In this document: one piece after another, positions 21,189 to 33,300 of the stretch
Layout: every line of letters begins with the position of its first letter
How positions within the stretch are numbered: position 1 is the first letter of the stretch
Assembly (NCBI RefSeq): GCF_964188315.1
Contig: NC_135661.1
Coordinates: 52,576,001 to 52,640,000, forward strand
Reading direction: 5' to 3'
DNA: 64,000 nt
Source of the DNA: Podarcis muralis
Taxonomy: Eukaryota
The notes under the pieces: model-generated
Told to the model about the DNA's origin: nothing
Database searches by the model: none
What the model saw: only the letters and a program-made list of their open reading frames with translations
Made by a program: the position numbers and the translations under genes

Positions 21189-22062
21189 GGTAAAACAGAT
21201 GTCTAGAAGAGAAGAAGCAAAAGATGTTTGTAAGGAAGGAAGTATGTATTTTTTTCCATTGCTTCATTTAGCCAAATCATTGACTTCATATTCCAATAGG
21301 TCATAAGATGCTAAAAATAAAAATGACCATTTCATTTTGTTTCAGGAAAACCCAAGAGCATCTGCCACATATATCTATTATTCTTTGATTAACATAACAT
21401 ATCCCAATAGAACTCAAAGTGGTTGATAACATTCAAAGCACAATGAAACAATAATAAACAACAACAATAATGATAAACATATCAAAAAACAACAGCATGG
21501 TAAATAATTAAAACAACCAAGTCAAAATGCAATGCAAATATAAATCTAAAGTTTAAAGGAGGATGAGTATTGGAGGGAAGTCTCATGGGTGTATTACTAC
21601 TATTCTTATTTTTTGCTTCTCTTTCTTTTCTTTTTTTGTACTGTTTTTATTTTTTGGGATATTATATGTATTTTTTGTCAGTGTGAATAAATACTGTTTG
21701 TTTGTCTGAAAAACAACAACAACAACCAAGTCAGCTTAAAATACCAGGGAAACCCCACCAAACTCACACAGTCAACCATCCTGAACAAAACTGCCTTCAT
21801 CTGTCTTGCAGCACTGCAGAATGGGATGGCTTTACAAAGCTTTGCTTTCAGAAAATGCCGTTCCAAAATCAAGTATGGAGACTCTGGCTCATGTGTTGCT
21901 ATTTTACTCTTTTCAATGAGACTTCCACAAAGAGCTTATTACTCCATTGCCATTATCATCTCACTGATTTTTATTAGGCCAAATTTTATGCAGCCTTCCT
22001 CCTTACAGTCTCAGACAATCTGGCAACAGCAAATTCGGCAAACACAGCCAATACTAATAGTG

Positions 22063-22140
22063 ATGCTGCCAGTCAGGGTAGACAATAATGAGCTAGATGG
22101 ACCAACGGTCTGACTCAGTGTAAGGCAGTTTCCTATGTTT
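22063..22140 (+). mobile_element. Squam3-like SINE or CR1 3' fragment
   Basis: GAGCTAGATGGACCAACGGTCTGACTCAGTGTAAGGCAGTTTCCTATG. Confidence 0.6.
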
Positions 22141-22368
22141 CCTTGTAACCCCTGCAGGCCATTTTAAAAGGTGAATGGGGCCCCACCTGCCAATCACCTG
22201 ACAACATGCAAAATAATAAAGTCAAGAACCAATGAATAACAAGAATAATGAATTAGTAAGGTTGGATATTGTCACGGCTAAAAATTGGCTGCTGTTTCTT
22301 TAATGCTAAAATAACTAAGTCAGCATTAGTCAGCGGCCTACAATGCAATCTTTCACCAAATTGTACTT

Positions 22369-22713
22369 GTGGCACTGTGGGTTAAACCACAGAGCCTAGG
22401 ACTTGCCGATCAGAAGGTCTGAGGTTCGAATCCCAAGTGACAGGGTGAGCTCCCGTTGCTCGGTCCCTGCTCCTGCCAACCTAGCAGTTTGAAAGTACGT
22501 CAAAGTGCAAGTAGATAAATAGGTATCGCTCCAGCGGGAAGGTAAACGGCATTTCCGTGCGCTGCTCTGATTTGCCAGAAGCGGCTTAGTCATGCTGGCC
22601 ACATGACCCGGAAGCTGTATGCCAGCTCCCTAGGGCAATAAAGCGAGATGAGCGCCACAACCCCAGAGTCGGCCATGACTGGACCTAATGGTCAGGGGTC
22701 CCTTTTCCTTTTT
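22369..22713 (+). mobile_element. Sauria SINE, subfamily A
   Basis: Same body and tail; a MITE is inserted directly at its tail. Confidence 0.9.
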
Positions 22714-22714
22714 A

Positions 22715-22947
22715 CAGTCATACCTCATGTTACATTTGCTTCAGGTTAAGCATTTTCAGGTTGCGTCCCAGGGCGACCCGGAAGTACCGGAAAGGGTTAC
22801 TTCTGAGTTTCACCGCATGCGCAGACGCACAAAATGACGTCACGCGCATGCGCAGAAGCGGCGAATCACGACCCGCGCACGTGCATTCTGCTCATGTTGT
22901 GAACGGGCCTCCGGAACAGATCCCATTCGCAACCAGAGGTACCACTG
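22715..22947. mobile_element. pogo/Tigger-like MITE
   Basis: TA-CAGTCATACCTC ... GAGGTACCACTG-TA. Confidence 0.8.
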
Positions 22948-23222
22948 TATACAGAGTGGTCAATGTTAGTGTCGGATGTGGGTTGGTTGGATGGTAGAAA
23001 GATGGTTGCATTTGGTGTGTGTAAAAAGCTGTCGGTCTTGGTTGGAGAAGAAGACTTTTTAAGAATATAAGCAGCAATACTCTACAAGAATACTCTTTCT
23101 CAAAGACTCTTGTGCCAACTAAGGTCTGAGGACTAGGCAAAGGAGTAAAAAGGAGGTCAGAACCTTTGTTTTTTACAAACACCGACAGATATTATCATTA
23201 TTATTAACACCAACAACAACAA

Positions 23223-23318
23223 TCTGGTGCCCCCTCCCCAGATGTTTTGGACTACCACATCAGCCCCAGCCAGTATGAAGGGAGTTGTAGTTCAAAGCAT
23301 CTGGAGGGTACCAGGTTA
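23223..23318. mobile_element. Palindromic hAT-like MITE (degenerate)
   Basis: CTGGTGCCC...CCAGATGTTTTGGACTAC / GGGAGTTGTAGTTCAAAGCATCTGGAGGGTACCAGG. Confidence 0.6.
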
Positions 23319-24949
23319 ACAAATGTTGTAAAGCCATTTCAGTCTATCCTCTGTGCACTTGTCCCTGACCCTTCTGCACCCTTCTTCCATTTTTCTGCAG
23401 CCGAAATCATAACCTAACTTACTTAGGAGTAACCACCACTGACTTCACTTTTACTTAATTCTGAGCAGACAGAATTAAGCAGATTAAGCCTAAACTTAAC
23501 CCATTTTTCATAGAACTTGAAATGCCAGACAATTTTCGTGTATGTGGACTTGCATCATGATCGGATGCATATTTACTCAGAAGTAAGCCTCACTAATGGA
23601 GTTTTGCTTCCATGTAACTGAGGGTACAATTTGCACCCTTGAATGAAACAATAAGAAATGTAAAGAGAGAGGTCTCTACTGTTCCAGAAATGATCTGTCA
23701 ACTTTAAATTCCTATTAATCCAAATATCAGTTCTGCTCTTTAGAGCAGAGAACAAAATAACATTATTAAAGTATGATATTGTTGATTCCCAACCCTCCAA
23801 CCCCTTCTGACCTTTGAGCTTTTGCTTCTGAGTAATACTATAAATGTTTTACAAAAAAACCCCAACCATTGTCTTTAAAAAGCAAGTAAATCAAATCAAT
23901 GGCGCCAAACCCGTTTTGCCATATTTCATTTACCTGTTCTTTTATGCAACCTGCGATGTTTCTGCGCTGCTGCCTTACTTAATGACCTGACTTTAGTTCA
24001 GTTGGAAGGAAACCTTCCCGTTCTCAGTTCCACCCGACCCTGCGGCTATGAGGAAAATCTGGGGAGCGGATTTTCAAAATCGCTTGGCAAGTAGGCTGTT
24101 CACAGACCTGTCAAGTCGTGATCCGGTTTCCACGTTTTTGTATTGCCAGCTTTGGAAGATCAAAAGCCCTTCGTCCGCCCGCACAAGGGAAGGGTCCTGA
24201 ACGCGCTGTAAAAACGAGCAGCGCAGAAAATGCTGTGTTACTTCTGTTCCTTGCATGGATACCTCGCTTGTACATAAACTTGGTAAAAGCCATTATCTGT
24301 CCTAAAGTAAATTTTGTCCAGGTGAATCTAAGTTTATTATATTAATGTCAACATAAATCCCCTTAAAGGACTCAGAGGCATCACGAAAAGACCACAGAAA
24401 GTTAAAGTTTAGCATCATAACTACACTTCTGGGTTCCAGGCGAATGGCTGAGCGGCTTCCATTTGCGTGACAATATGATTCCTCCAGGAGCTAAAACTGC
24501 AAACAAAGCCAGTCGAAATGCTACAAAGAGGGGGCTGTGTTCTTCCGGGCGCCCCTCACAGCACACGCACAAGTTCAATCTCCCTTTTAAAGTTGTAAGC
24601 GACGGGCTACATTCAAATTAATTTGTATAGTATTAAAACCTCAGCCTAAAAGCGTCAGAGGTTGGATTCGATGGCCTCTGTGGCCCCCTCCAACTTTTAT
24701 GATTCCTTCTAGAGTAGCCTTATTGGAGCTACACTACATTCCTTCACTAGCAGTGACTTTGGGTTTGGGGGTCTAGAAGCTTGTGGTCTCTGATAAAAAT
24801 AATCATTAATAATCATTAAAATAATCAGAGGTCATTCGATCTAACTCCTTGCCTATATTAATGTCTGCTTCTTCTTTCGTGACTATAGGACCCGGGTCTT
24901 TTCCCGTGAACTGAAATCGGAAAGCTTCACTATAGAGACAACGGGATGC

Positions 24950-25340
24950 TGCTCCAAGAGGACCATTCGGTGGGAGGAGGGGGCGGGGCTGGAAGTGAGG
25001 GCCAAGTGCGTCACCCAGCTCTTCTCCCGCGCGTGCGCAGAGCCGTGCCTTGGGCGGCCCGTCGCCATGGCAACGGGGGGAAGCCGTTGGAAAGGAGCCG
25101 TTGAAGAGAGAAGCCGGCGTGGTTGGGTGAAGAAGGGGCTCGGGCGGCCAGGCTTCCCCCGGTAGCATCTCCTTAGTGAGAGGAAGGATGGCGAAGGCAC
25201 CCTGAGTGGGCAGCGAAGAAGAGAAAGAGAGGAGGGTATTAAATGGGGACAGCAAGCTGGGGGGCGGGGGGGGGCGTGTGTTTTAAACAAAGAGGTGCTG
25301 GGGCTAAGCAGACCTGTCTGGGAGCCCCTGCTCAGTTACG
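24950..25340. promoter_or_regulatory. CpG island; bidirectional HSDL1/DNAAF1 promoter
   Basis: GC/CpG-rich tract between the head-to-head genes; GC boxes; NRF1-like GCGCGTGCGCA at about 25029-25039. Confidence 0.85.
25061..25074. promoter_or_regulatory. RFX X-box
   Basis: GTCGCCATGGCAAC, one mismatch from the palindrome GTTGCCATGGCAAC, in the promoter of a motile-cilia gene. Confidence 0.8.
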
Positions 25341-25447
25341 AGACGTCCGGCTGCAGCTATTGCTCCCGAGCAGGGATTGTGCTCTGCTTATGCCCAGAGA
25401 AGTATTCTGTGTTACTTTAAGTGGGCTGCTGCATAGCGCAAATCACG

Positions 25448-25585
25448 CAGTGGTTCTCAACCTGTGGGTCCCCAGATGTTGTTGGACTACAACTCCCATC
25501 ATCCCTGAGCTCTGGCCTTGCTAGCTAGGGGTGATGGGAGTTGTAGTTCAACAACATCTGGGGACCCACAGGTTGAGAAAAGCTG
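25448..25585. mobile_element. Palindromic hAT-like MITE
   Basis: CAGTGGTTCTCAACCTGTGGGTCCCCAGATGTTGTTGGACTACAACTCCCATCA ... TGATGGGAGTTGTAGTTCAACAACATCTGGGGACCCACAGGTTGAGAA; near-perfect hairpin. Confidence 0.8.
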
Positions 25586-25829
25586 CTGGGGGTGAAATTT
25601 AATTTTTGCAAATTTATTCAATGAGTGGTTTTGGGTGCAAGGAATTCAATTCTGCTATTGTTTTTGTTACTGGACAACATTTAGCTTGGTAAGTTCATGT
25701 TTGATGAGGAAGCATGTAAACTGCTTCCGGAAAACCAAATAATTTTAATTATGCCTTCTGAAAGTATCGGCTAATACTTAAATTAATAACAACCAATAAT
25801 ATAGCTGCAAATTCTTAGCAATCATTTTT

Positions 25830-26166
25830 AGGTGACGCTGTGGTCTAAACCACAGAGCCTAGTGCTTGCCGATCCCCACGACAGGGTGAGCTCCCATTGC
25901 TACCGGTCCCAGTTCCTGCCAACCTAGCAGTTTGAAAGCACGTCAAAGTGCAAGTAAGTAAATAGGTACTGCTGCGGTGGGAAGGTAGACGGCGTTTCTG
26001 TGCACTGCTCTGGTTTGCCAGAAGCGACTTAGTCATGCTGGCCACATGACCCGGAAAGCTGTTTGCGGACAAACGCTGGCTCCCTCGGCCAGTAAAGCAA
26101 GATGAGCGCCGCAACCCCAGAGTCATCCGCATCTGGACTTAGTTGTCAGGGGTCCCTTTACCTTTA
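25830..26166 (+). mobile_element. Sauria SINE, subfamily A
   Basis: Same body; GGGGTCCCTTTACCTTTA tail. Confidence 0.88.
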
Positions 26167-27175
26167 TGCAATTTTACTTTTTTACTTACCCCAACAAAAC
26201 TAAATTATATTAATTATATTCATTTAACCAAAATATCTTTTAAATTCCCAAGTCATGTTACACCTTTTTAGCACCCCTCATTTTGGGAATTTGAAAGGTG
26301 AAAAATTCAACATATGTTGTAGGGGAGTGAGCAGATATACCACAGTGTTGTAAGCACCTTGAAAAGCAACAAACAACACTACAACTCAGAAGTCAGGCAT
26401 ATAAGTGAGTGTGGGACTGCGGCATAAGGGGCAGACACATACCTAGGAGTAAGCCACATTGAATGTGATGCCATCTGCCATATGATGCTGCACTGTAATG
26501 TATTTCTACAGTAGGCTACAAGAGAGGGGAGAGATGGGACCACAGCTCTGCTGGAAGACCAGCAACATTTGGCTCCTCATTCCAGCTGGCCACTACAAGA
26601 ATTATGTAACTGAGAAATGGGGCTTAGGTTTTACCTGTATTTATTTCTACATCCTCCTAGTCCTTTTCCCATTTTTGTCACCTGTTAAATTATGAGCCCA
26701 AGTACTTACCATCAATATTTGTAGACTGTCCTGGGAGCTGCTCTTTGGCAGAAGAGCTGGATAAAAGTGCTGTAAATAATAAAATAGTGGACTGTAATTT
26801 CTCATTAAAACAATGTACTATTAGTGGGGCAGAAGAGTTCATGGACCAGCATCTTGCCACCTGTCTATTTCAGGTATGAAGGGCTTCTGGCCCGTGGGTC
26901 TATTATACCCAGGTGGGGTTCTAATTTGGTCTGCTGTGCTATTTTTCCTTTGCCAAATGCAGGCACATCTATTCATTTACAAGATTTGTATATGGCTTTT
27001 CTCACACAATGGTTCTCAAAGGGGTTCATGGTCATCATACAAAATAATAAAACATTTAATTTAAAACTATGATTTGCACATACAGTTATGCTTGAATGAT
27101 CTGAATAAATACAAGGTAGAGAGTTGTGGGGCATGCTGTAACTTTCCTGTTGTCTCTCAGTAGGAACACTTCAAA

Positions 27176-27302
27176 ATGCATCCACTCAATGAAGAACCTG
27201 GGTCAGGAGAGGCTGTTGCAGGGGAAGAGAATGGTCAAGGGATGAAAGACTGCAGGCAGGTGGACACCTGTTCCAACAATGAGGACAACTTAACAAAATC
27301 AG
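27176..27302 (+). CDS. DNAAF1: DNAAF1 first coding exon
   Basis: Acceptor TGTCTCTCAG| at 27160; AAAATG start; [11 protein letters not shown]...LTKS; donor CAG|GTAGTT. Confidence 0.8.
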
Positions 27303-30300
27303 GTAGTTCTTGCTATCGAAGCCTGTGTGTGTGTAAATTTTGAACATGAAGTAATTTTGACAACACCTTGGGCTAAAATGAATGACAAGGCACAACTTTC
27401 TGCCATTTTATTAATATATTTTTAAATTTGGCAAGATTTATATAACGCTTTAAAAAAATTGAAGTGGTTTGCATACAATATTAAATACCAATGTTAAGGT
27501 TTAAATTAATCTATTATTTATTATTTTTAATTAAGACTAGTAAGGGGGACTGAGTACTTCCATGCTTTAGTACACAAGCATAGGAGTATTTGTATAGAAC
27601 TGAACAAAATGCGGCCAACACTATAAAAATGTTACACATTCCTTGTTCACCATTCTTATCGCAATGATGTCCTGTCATTTTCCTGACCTTTTCTTTTCTT
27701 GCACTTGTAAAAGCTCCAGCAAGAGAGAGAGAGCCACATATAAAACTAAATTAATGCAGACATACACTGCAGTGCAAATACAGTCCCTACAGATACAGAT
27801 TCCTCTGTTGTGAACAGAGAGTGTGTGTGTGTATTCTGGGATATTACATGCATGCAACAAAATGAAATGAGAGGCCTCCCTCTGGAGTGCCCATCTCTTT
27901 GTTTGAGTTAGTAGATTTAAACATCCACTGAGCCTGTTTCCATCTGTCTGAATTTTAGAACTACAGCCTCAACTCCCAGGAGAACAAGGAACAGAAAAAG
28001 ATCCTGCCAATGGGCAACTGAAGTCGGAAATTATTAGGAATGACTGTGGTAATGGAGAACCAGGTAAATTACATGAAAAATATTAGTACTATAAGTTACA
28101 GACCTATGAAAGATATTGCCACATTAAATTTCCCGTCAGGATCACATACTCCCCCTGGGTGTTACTATGGGGGATTTTTCTGATCCTTAGTCAGCAGGAA
28201 AACACTGGGCGCATTGCTTGCCCTCATGCTCGAAAGCTAGATTAAGTGGTTGGTATATGGTGTGATGGACTGGGTGAATGATGGGACCATGTAACTTTTG
28301 TTCTCAAGTATTTTCTAGCTGGGTTCTTCTACTCCACAGTTGCATACTGCAGCCACCCTTTGCGGTGGGAGCCAGGGCGGGGCGGGGGGAGAGACTTACT
28401 CCTGTGTCTTTACCAACTGTCTTGGTGCTTTTAAGAGCACAAGAACTGCTTTGCTGGGTCAGACCAAAAAGTCTGTGATCATGGGAGGCTTCAGTTTTCT
28501 TGGAATTTAATTCTTTTTTATGTTCAATTTCAGGCAAAGGAGTAAGGCCAGTCAGACCATTCATTTCACATAGCAAAGGTGGGAGGAGGCCAGAGAGAGC
28601 CCGCAGCAATGTATCTTGTTTATTTCTTGATTACATTTTTATCTCCCTTTTCTTCCAAAGAGCTCAGTATGGCATATTGGTTATACTGCAGCTATCAGTA
28701 GGTATTACTGTATGTAACAATTAGCTCATTGAAGAAACTTTAGTTTCTGCCTTTAAGGTGAATTTCTTGGATCTATACATTTAAAATACATTCTGCAATA
28801 TACTGTATTTTCACATATAATCTCCAAGCACCACAGAAGAGAGACAGCTCTGTGACCAACATACATCAACAGAATGAGGAAAATAGAAATGGTGACCAAA
28901 AGCCGGTGGTTGGCTCATCCTGTGAACAATCAAACAAACAAGGTGGTTTGAGGTAATTTGGTTTTTATTGGTGGTCTTACTTTAACAAATCAGGGAATTT
29001 TTTTTATAGTGCTGCCAGTCTCTTAACCATGTCAAGGTATTATGAATAGGCTCACAGGTTACCCTCCCCGACATGAATTCCCCAGTCACTTCCCTTAACA
29101 TTAGTTTCATGCTATGTCTACAGTGGTGCTATGGTTAACCAAAGTTAGCTTTTAATTAAAGTTTGAATACTAGGGTTTTTAAGTTGGATCAGTGTCAGTA
29201 ATGAACTCAATAACATAATTATAAAATCCAGACTACTTGTTGGGTTTGCACCGAGCCTTTGTGTGAAAATTCTCTCAAGAGAGCGTGCATTTTATGCAGC
29301 CAGCATAAAATATCACAGATTTCAGATATGCAACAGCTGACCAAAAATAATACCCTCTTTATTGCTAAATCTTACCCCTCGGCAAACTTAAAAACAATGA
29401 AATTTAAACAACATTCTTTAGCTATTATTCTGGCTGGATTCAGTGTTTTGTATGCAGCGCCTCTGCTTCCCCTCTGAAAGTGTAATTCTGAACCTTGGGG
29501 ATTGGGGAGGAAGTTAGTGAAAATATCAATATTAAGCAGCAAATCTACCTTCTAAATAAGCAGCTGGAGCTTCTAGAGTATGTACTCTACTCACACTACT
29601 TCTTAATGTTTTAGAATGACCAAAAAGATACTGAGGGACCTCTGCAAACAGCATAAATTGTATGTGACCCCATCCTTGAACGACACCCTCTATCTCCATT
29701 ACAAAGGTAAGGGCCAATCTGCTAGCTATATTGTAGCAAAAGAACTGAACATGAACACCTGAGAACATAGAAATATAATTTGTTGAAATATTGTAGAATC
29801 TAAATCTAGGTGAATGTATACAAATATTTTATTAAATGTTTCAGAAGTGCACGTTTCAACTCCCATCTGTTCTGGCATTCTTTGTTCAACAATAGCCAGC
29901 AGATGCCTCTGGAAGCAAACCAGTAGAACATGATGGGGATAGTCTTCTCCTGTCTCCAGCATATACCAGTATCTGGTACTGATGTCCACAGTCTTAACAG
30001 GGAGGATACTTCTGTGATTTTTGTGGTAATTCTGTAAGTGAAGATCAAGAGTCAAGCTAAAATTAGTAAGCCCAGGTCCTATGCATCTTTATGGAGCAAA
30101 TCTCACTGAACCGAGGGGCTTATTTCTTTCTTTATATGGGCCCCTCTCAGTTCAATAAGATTTAGTTCATCATAAGTAAGGATTTATAGCATCTGTAAAT
30201 GGATCTTTGACAATATATTTAATTTTTAAAATCAGCTGTGAGAGGCTCAGATTTTGATAGGAGCAGTGGCAGTGGAGAAAGGGGTGTTTAACTCATGGTT

Positions 30301-33300
30301 TTCCCAATCTGAATTGCTCCTCCCCTCCCACAGCTGTTAACCCTGCAGGGGCAGGGTGTGAGGGGATACTGGTTCAGTGTTGCTTTCAATGTAACTAACT
30401 TTCAGTGGAGTATATTAGCTCGATTGGGCCCTGGATCTCCTTACCTGCAGCAAAAATGAAAACAGGCTCTGCTTCTTTTTTAAGGTCTTCTTCAAATAAC
30501 AGTTGGCTAGTTGGTTAAGCCAGTATTTGTGTACCTATGTTTAAGTAATTTTATGTGTGCAATGCAGATATCACCCGATAGATGGACTTATTTGTTCATG
30601 CATATTCCAGTTTGTTGGTATCATTATTACATTGTGGTGCCCAGAACTTGACAATACTCAAGCCCTGAAGAAAGCCAAGAGAAACATGAATGGAGATAGA
30701 GGTTGTGGAGGGCAGGCAAAGGAAAGCATTCTACAGTATTTTCTTGTCCATGGGTCCCCACTTTAAAACCATATCCCCACTCCTTTTATTATAACAACTT
30801 CATTCTGAAATATGGTCCATGTTGCCATTGTGTTTACTGCATTTTTCTTCCTGCAGGATTTGATCGTCTGGAGAACCTGGAAGAATATACAGGATTGAAG
30901 TGCTTATGGCTGGAATGCAATGGCTTGACTAAGATCGAGAACCTGGATGCACAGACAGATTTGCGTTGCCTTTATCTGCAGCTGAATTTAATAAATAAAA
31001 TTGAGAATCTTGAACCCTTGGAAAAGCTGGACTCTCTCAACCTCAGCAACAATTATGTCAAGACAATTGAAAACCTCTGTAAGAATTCTAACTTCACTGA
31101 AATAAGATCCATAACCTGAACACAGTGTTATTTAGTGGTGTTACTGTCATACATGTAGGGGCACCAATGTGTTAAAACACAGTGCAAAGCATTTCCGCAG
31201 CAATTTCTGGTGGCTTCTGTGGAGGCAAATTTTGTTGTTGGCATCTGTCTGTCTTGAGAGACAATGGTGTCCGCCAATGGGGGTGAAGTCAAATCACTGT
31301 GTTAGCAGCACTGAAGTGACCTCCCTAGGATGTAAGCCTGGATGGTGTCTATGGAGGTCCAGGGCTGCCCAGACAACAAGACTCTTCCCCCCCCCCATCA
31401 GCCTCACTGATGTGCTTCAAAGGAAAGAAGCAATATGCACAGAGTCAAAAGGAGCAAGGAGGAACATTTTCAGCACTGAAAGTCTTCAGTGCAAACTTTT
31501 TCTTTAGATTCCTAACAGTGGAGCGAGCCAGATTGGGAACCAGTTGGGGGTGGGGCGTGATGGTGAGTGTTGAGGCATTTTAACCCTTAGCTCCACACAG
31601 GGTCCTAATCTCAAACGAGCCCCTGTGCCTGTAATTTGTGAAGGGAATGACACAAGGATGGTAGCACAAGGACACAAAATAAAACTTGCACATACTGCGG
31701 GCCTGAAAATGAACTAATGTCTATAGTCATATGCCCAAGAGAAGCAATGCTGCAGCCTCTTCATGAAGTGTGTTTTATTGATCAACTGCAGAGTAAGATT
31801 ACTTCCCCCTACATTTAATCTAAATTCCCCTTCTTGAAATAGACCCCTTGCCCCTTAAACTGTTGTCATCAGATGTACCTCTATACTTACATTTAACTAA
31901 CAAGCATTCCTAATTACAATTCTGTGGCCAGTTAACCTGGACCCCTATACTCTGGGACTTAACTGGGCTTTGAGGTTCTAGTTTGGTATGACTGAGGACT
32001 TTCCAATGTTTCAGAGGACAATATGTGGGTGTGTGCATTTTAATCTTGTACAGTATATCCACAAGCAGAACTTGCTGAGAATCTTGCCCCTAAAATGGCA
32101 ACCTTGGTTGGGCTGTAATTGGTCTTGGTAGCATAATCTTGTTGCCTTTGTTACGATTCCTTAATTTATTTAGCAGTCCCATTCATTTTACTTACTCTAA
32201 CGGTATCCTTACTTTTCAACAGCTTGTTTGAAAGTTCTGCACACTCTACAGATTGCTCACAATCAGCTGCAAACAGTTGAAGACATACAGCACTTACAGC
32301 AATGCCCAAGTATCAGTGTCCTTGACCTCTCTCACAATAAGCTAGATGATCCAAACATTTTAGATGTCCTGGAGACCATGCCTGATTTGGTAAGCAAAGA
32401 ATAACTCCAAGATTGCTTTATCTGATCCACCATTTCTCAGGCACAGAATGATTCTGTTCCACTGATCTTACTGTGCTGTGGAAGGATATATGCTGTATCC
32501 AGTGCTTCAGGGACATTAACATGCCTTAATAAAATTTAGAGTCAGGTGGTAGGAGAGAAGTTACTGTAATAAATTTGCATAATCAGGAAACAAAATCCTT
32601 GATGGGTTATGTCAATATGAGTATGCTTGATTCAGACCTCCCTTATGCAAGAAAAACAGGGGCCACAAGGAACAGGTAGCAGGTTTAGCTCCTACCCCAG
32701 TAATGTCTCTGAGTGCACCCTTTTCCTTTCTTCTGCAGGAGTGAATGACAAGAAGGTGCAGTTATGCTTGCAGTGTAGCTATGGGGGTTAAGTGAACAAA
32801 AGTTTACTCAAAGCTGATCCTATGAAAATGATTTAAATAGATATATATTCAACTATTTTTAGTTCCAGGATGGCTTCACATATTGTACAAAAACAATTTC
32901 TACTGTTGTATTTTAATTCTGCTTTTTTTTTCTTCTTGCAGCGTGTATTGAACTTAATGGGAAATGAGGTGATAAAGAAAATTCCTTATTACAGGAGGAC
33001 ACTTACCATCCGATTGAAACATCTGACGTATTTGGATGACAGGCCAGTGTTTCCAAAGGACAGGTAAAACAGGAAAGGAGTGAAGAGATGACCAGTCTAA
33101 AATATTATTAGTAGCCTAATCAATTCTGACTATGTTGTCTGAAAAATGGATATATTAACAACTAACTTCATGGGGCTGTTCTAATACACACACACCAGAA
33201 TGGCCTGTAAGATTCTGATCCTGATCCTAAACAAATTGCTTCAGCTCACAAATGTGACAACCCCCAAAGCAATCACTTCAGGAGAGCAAGCTTGTGACTG

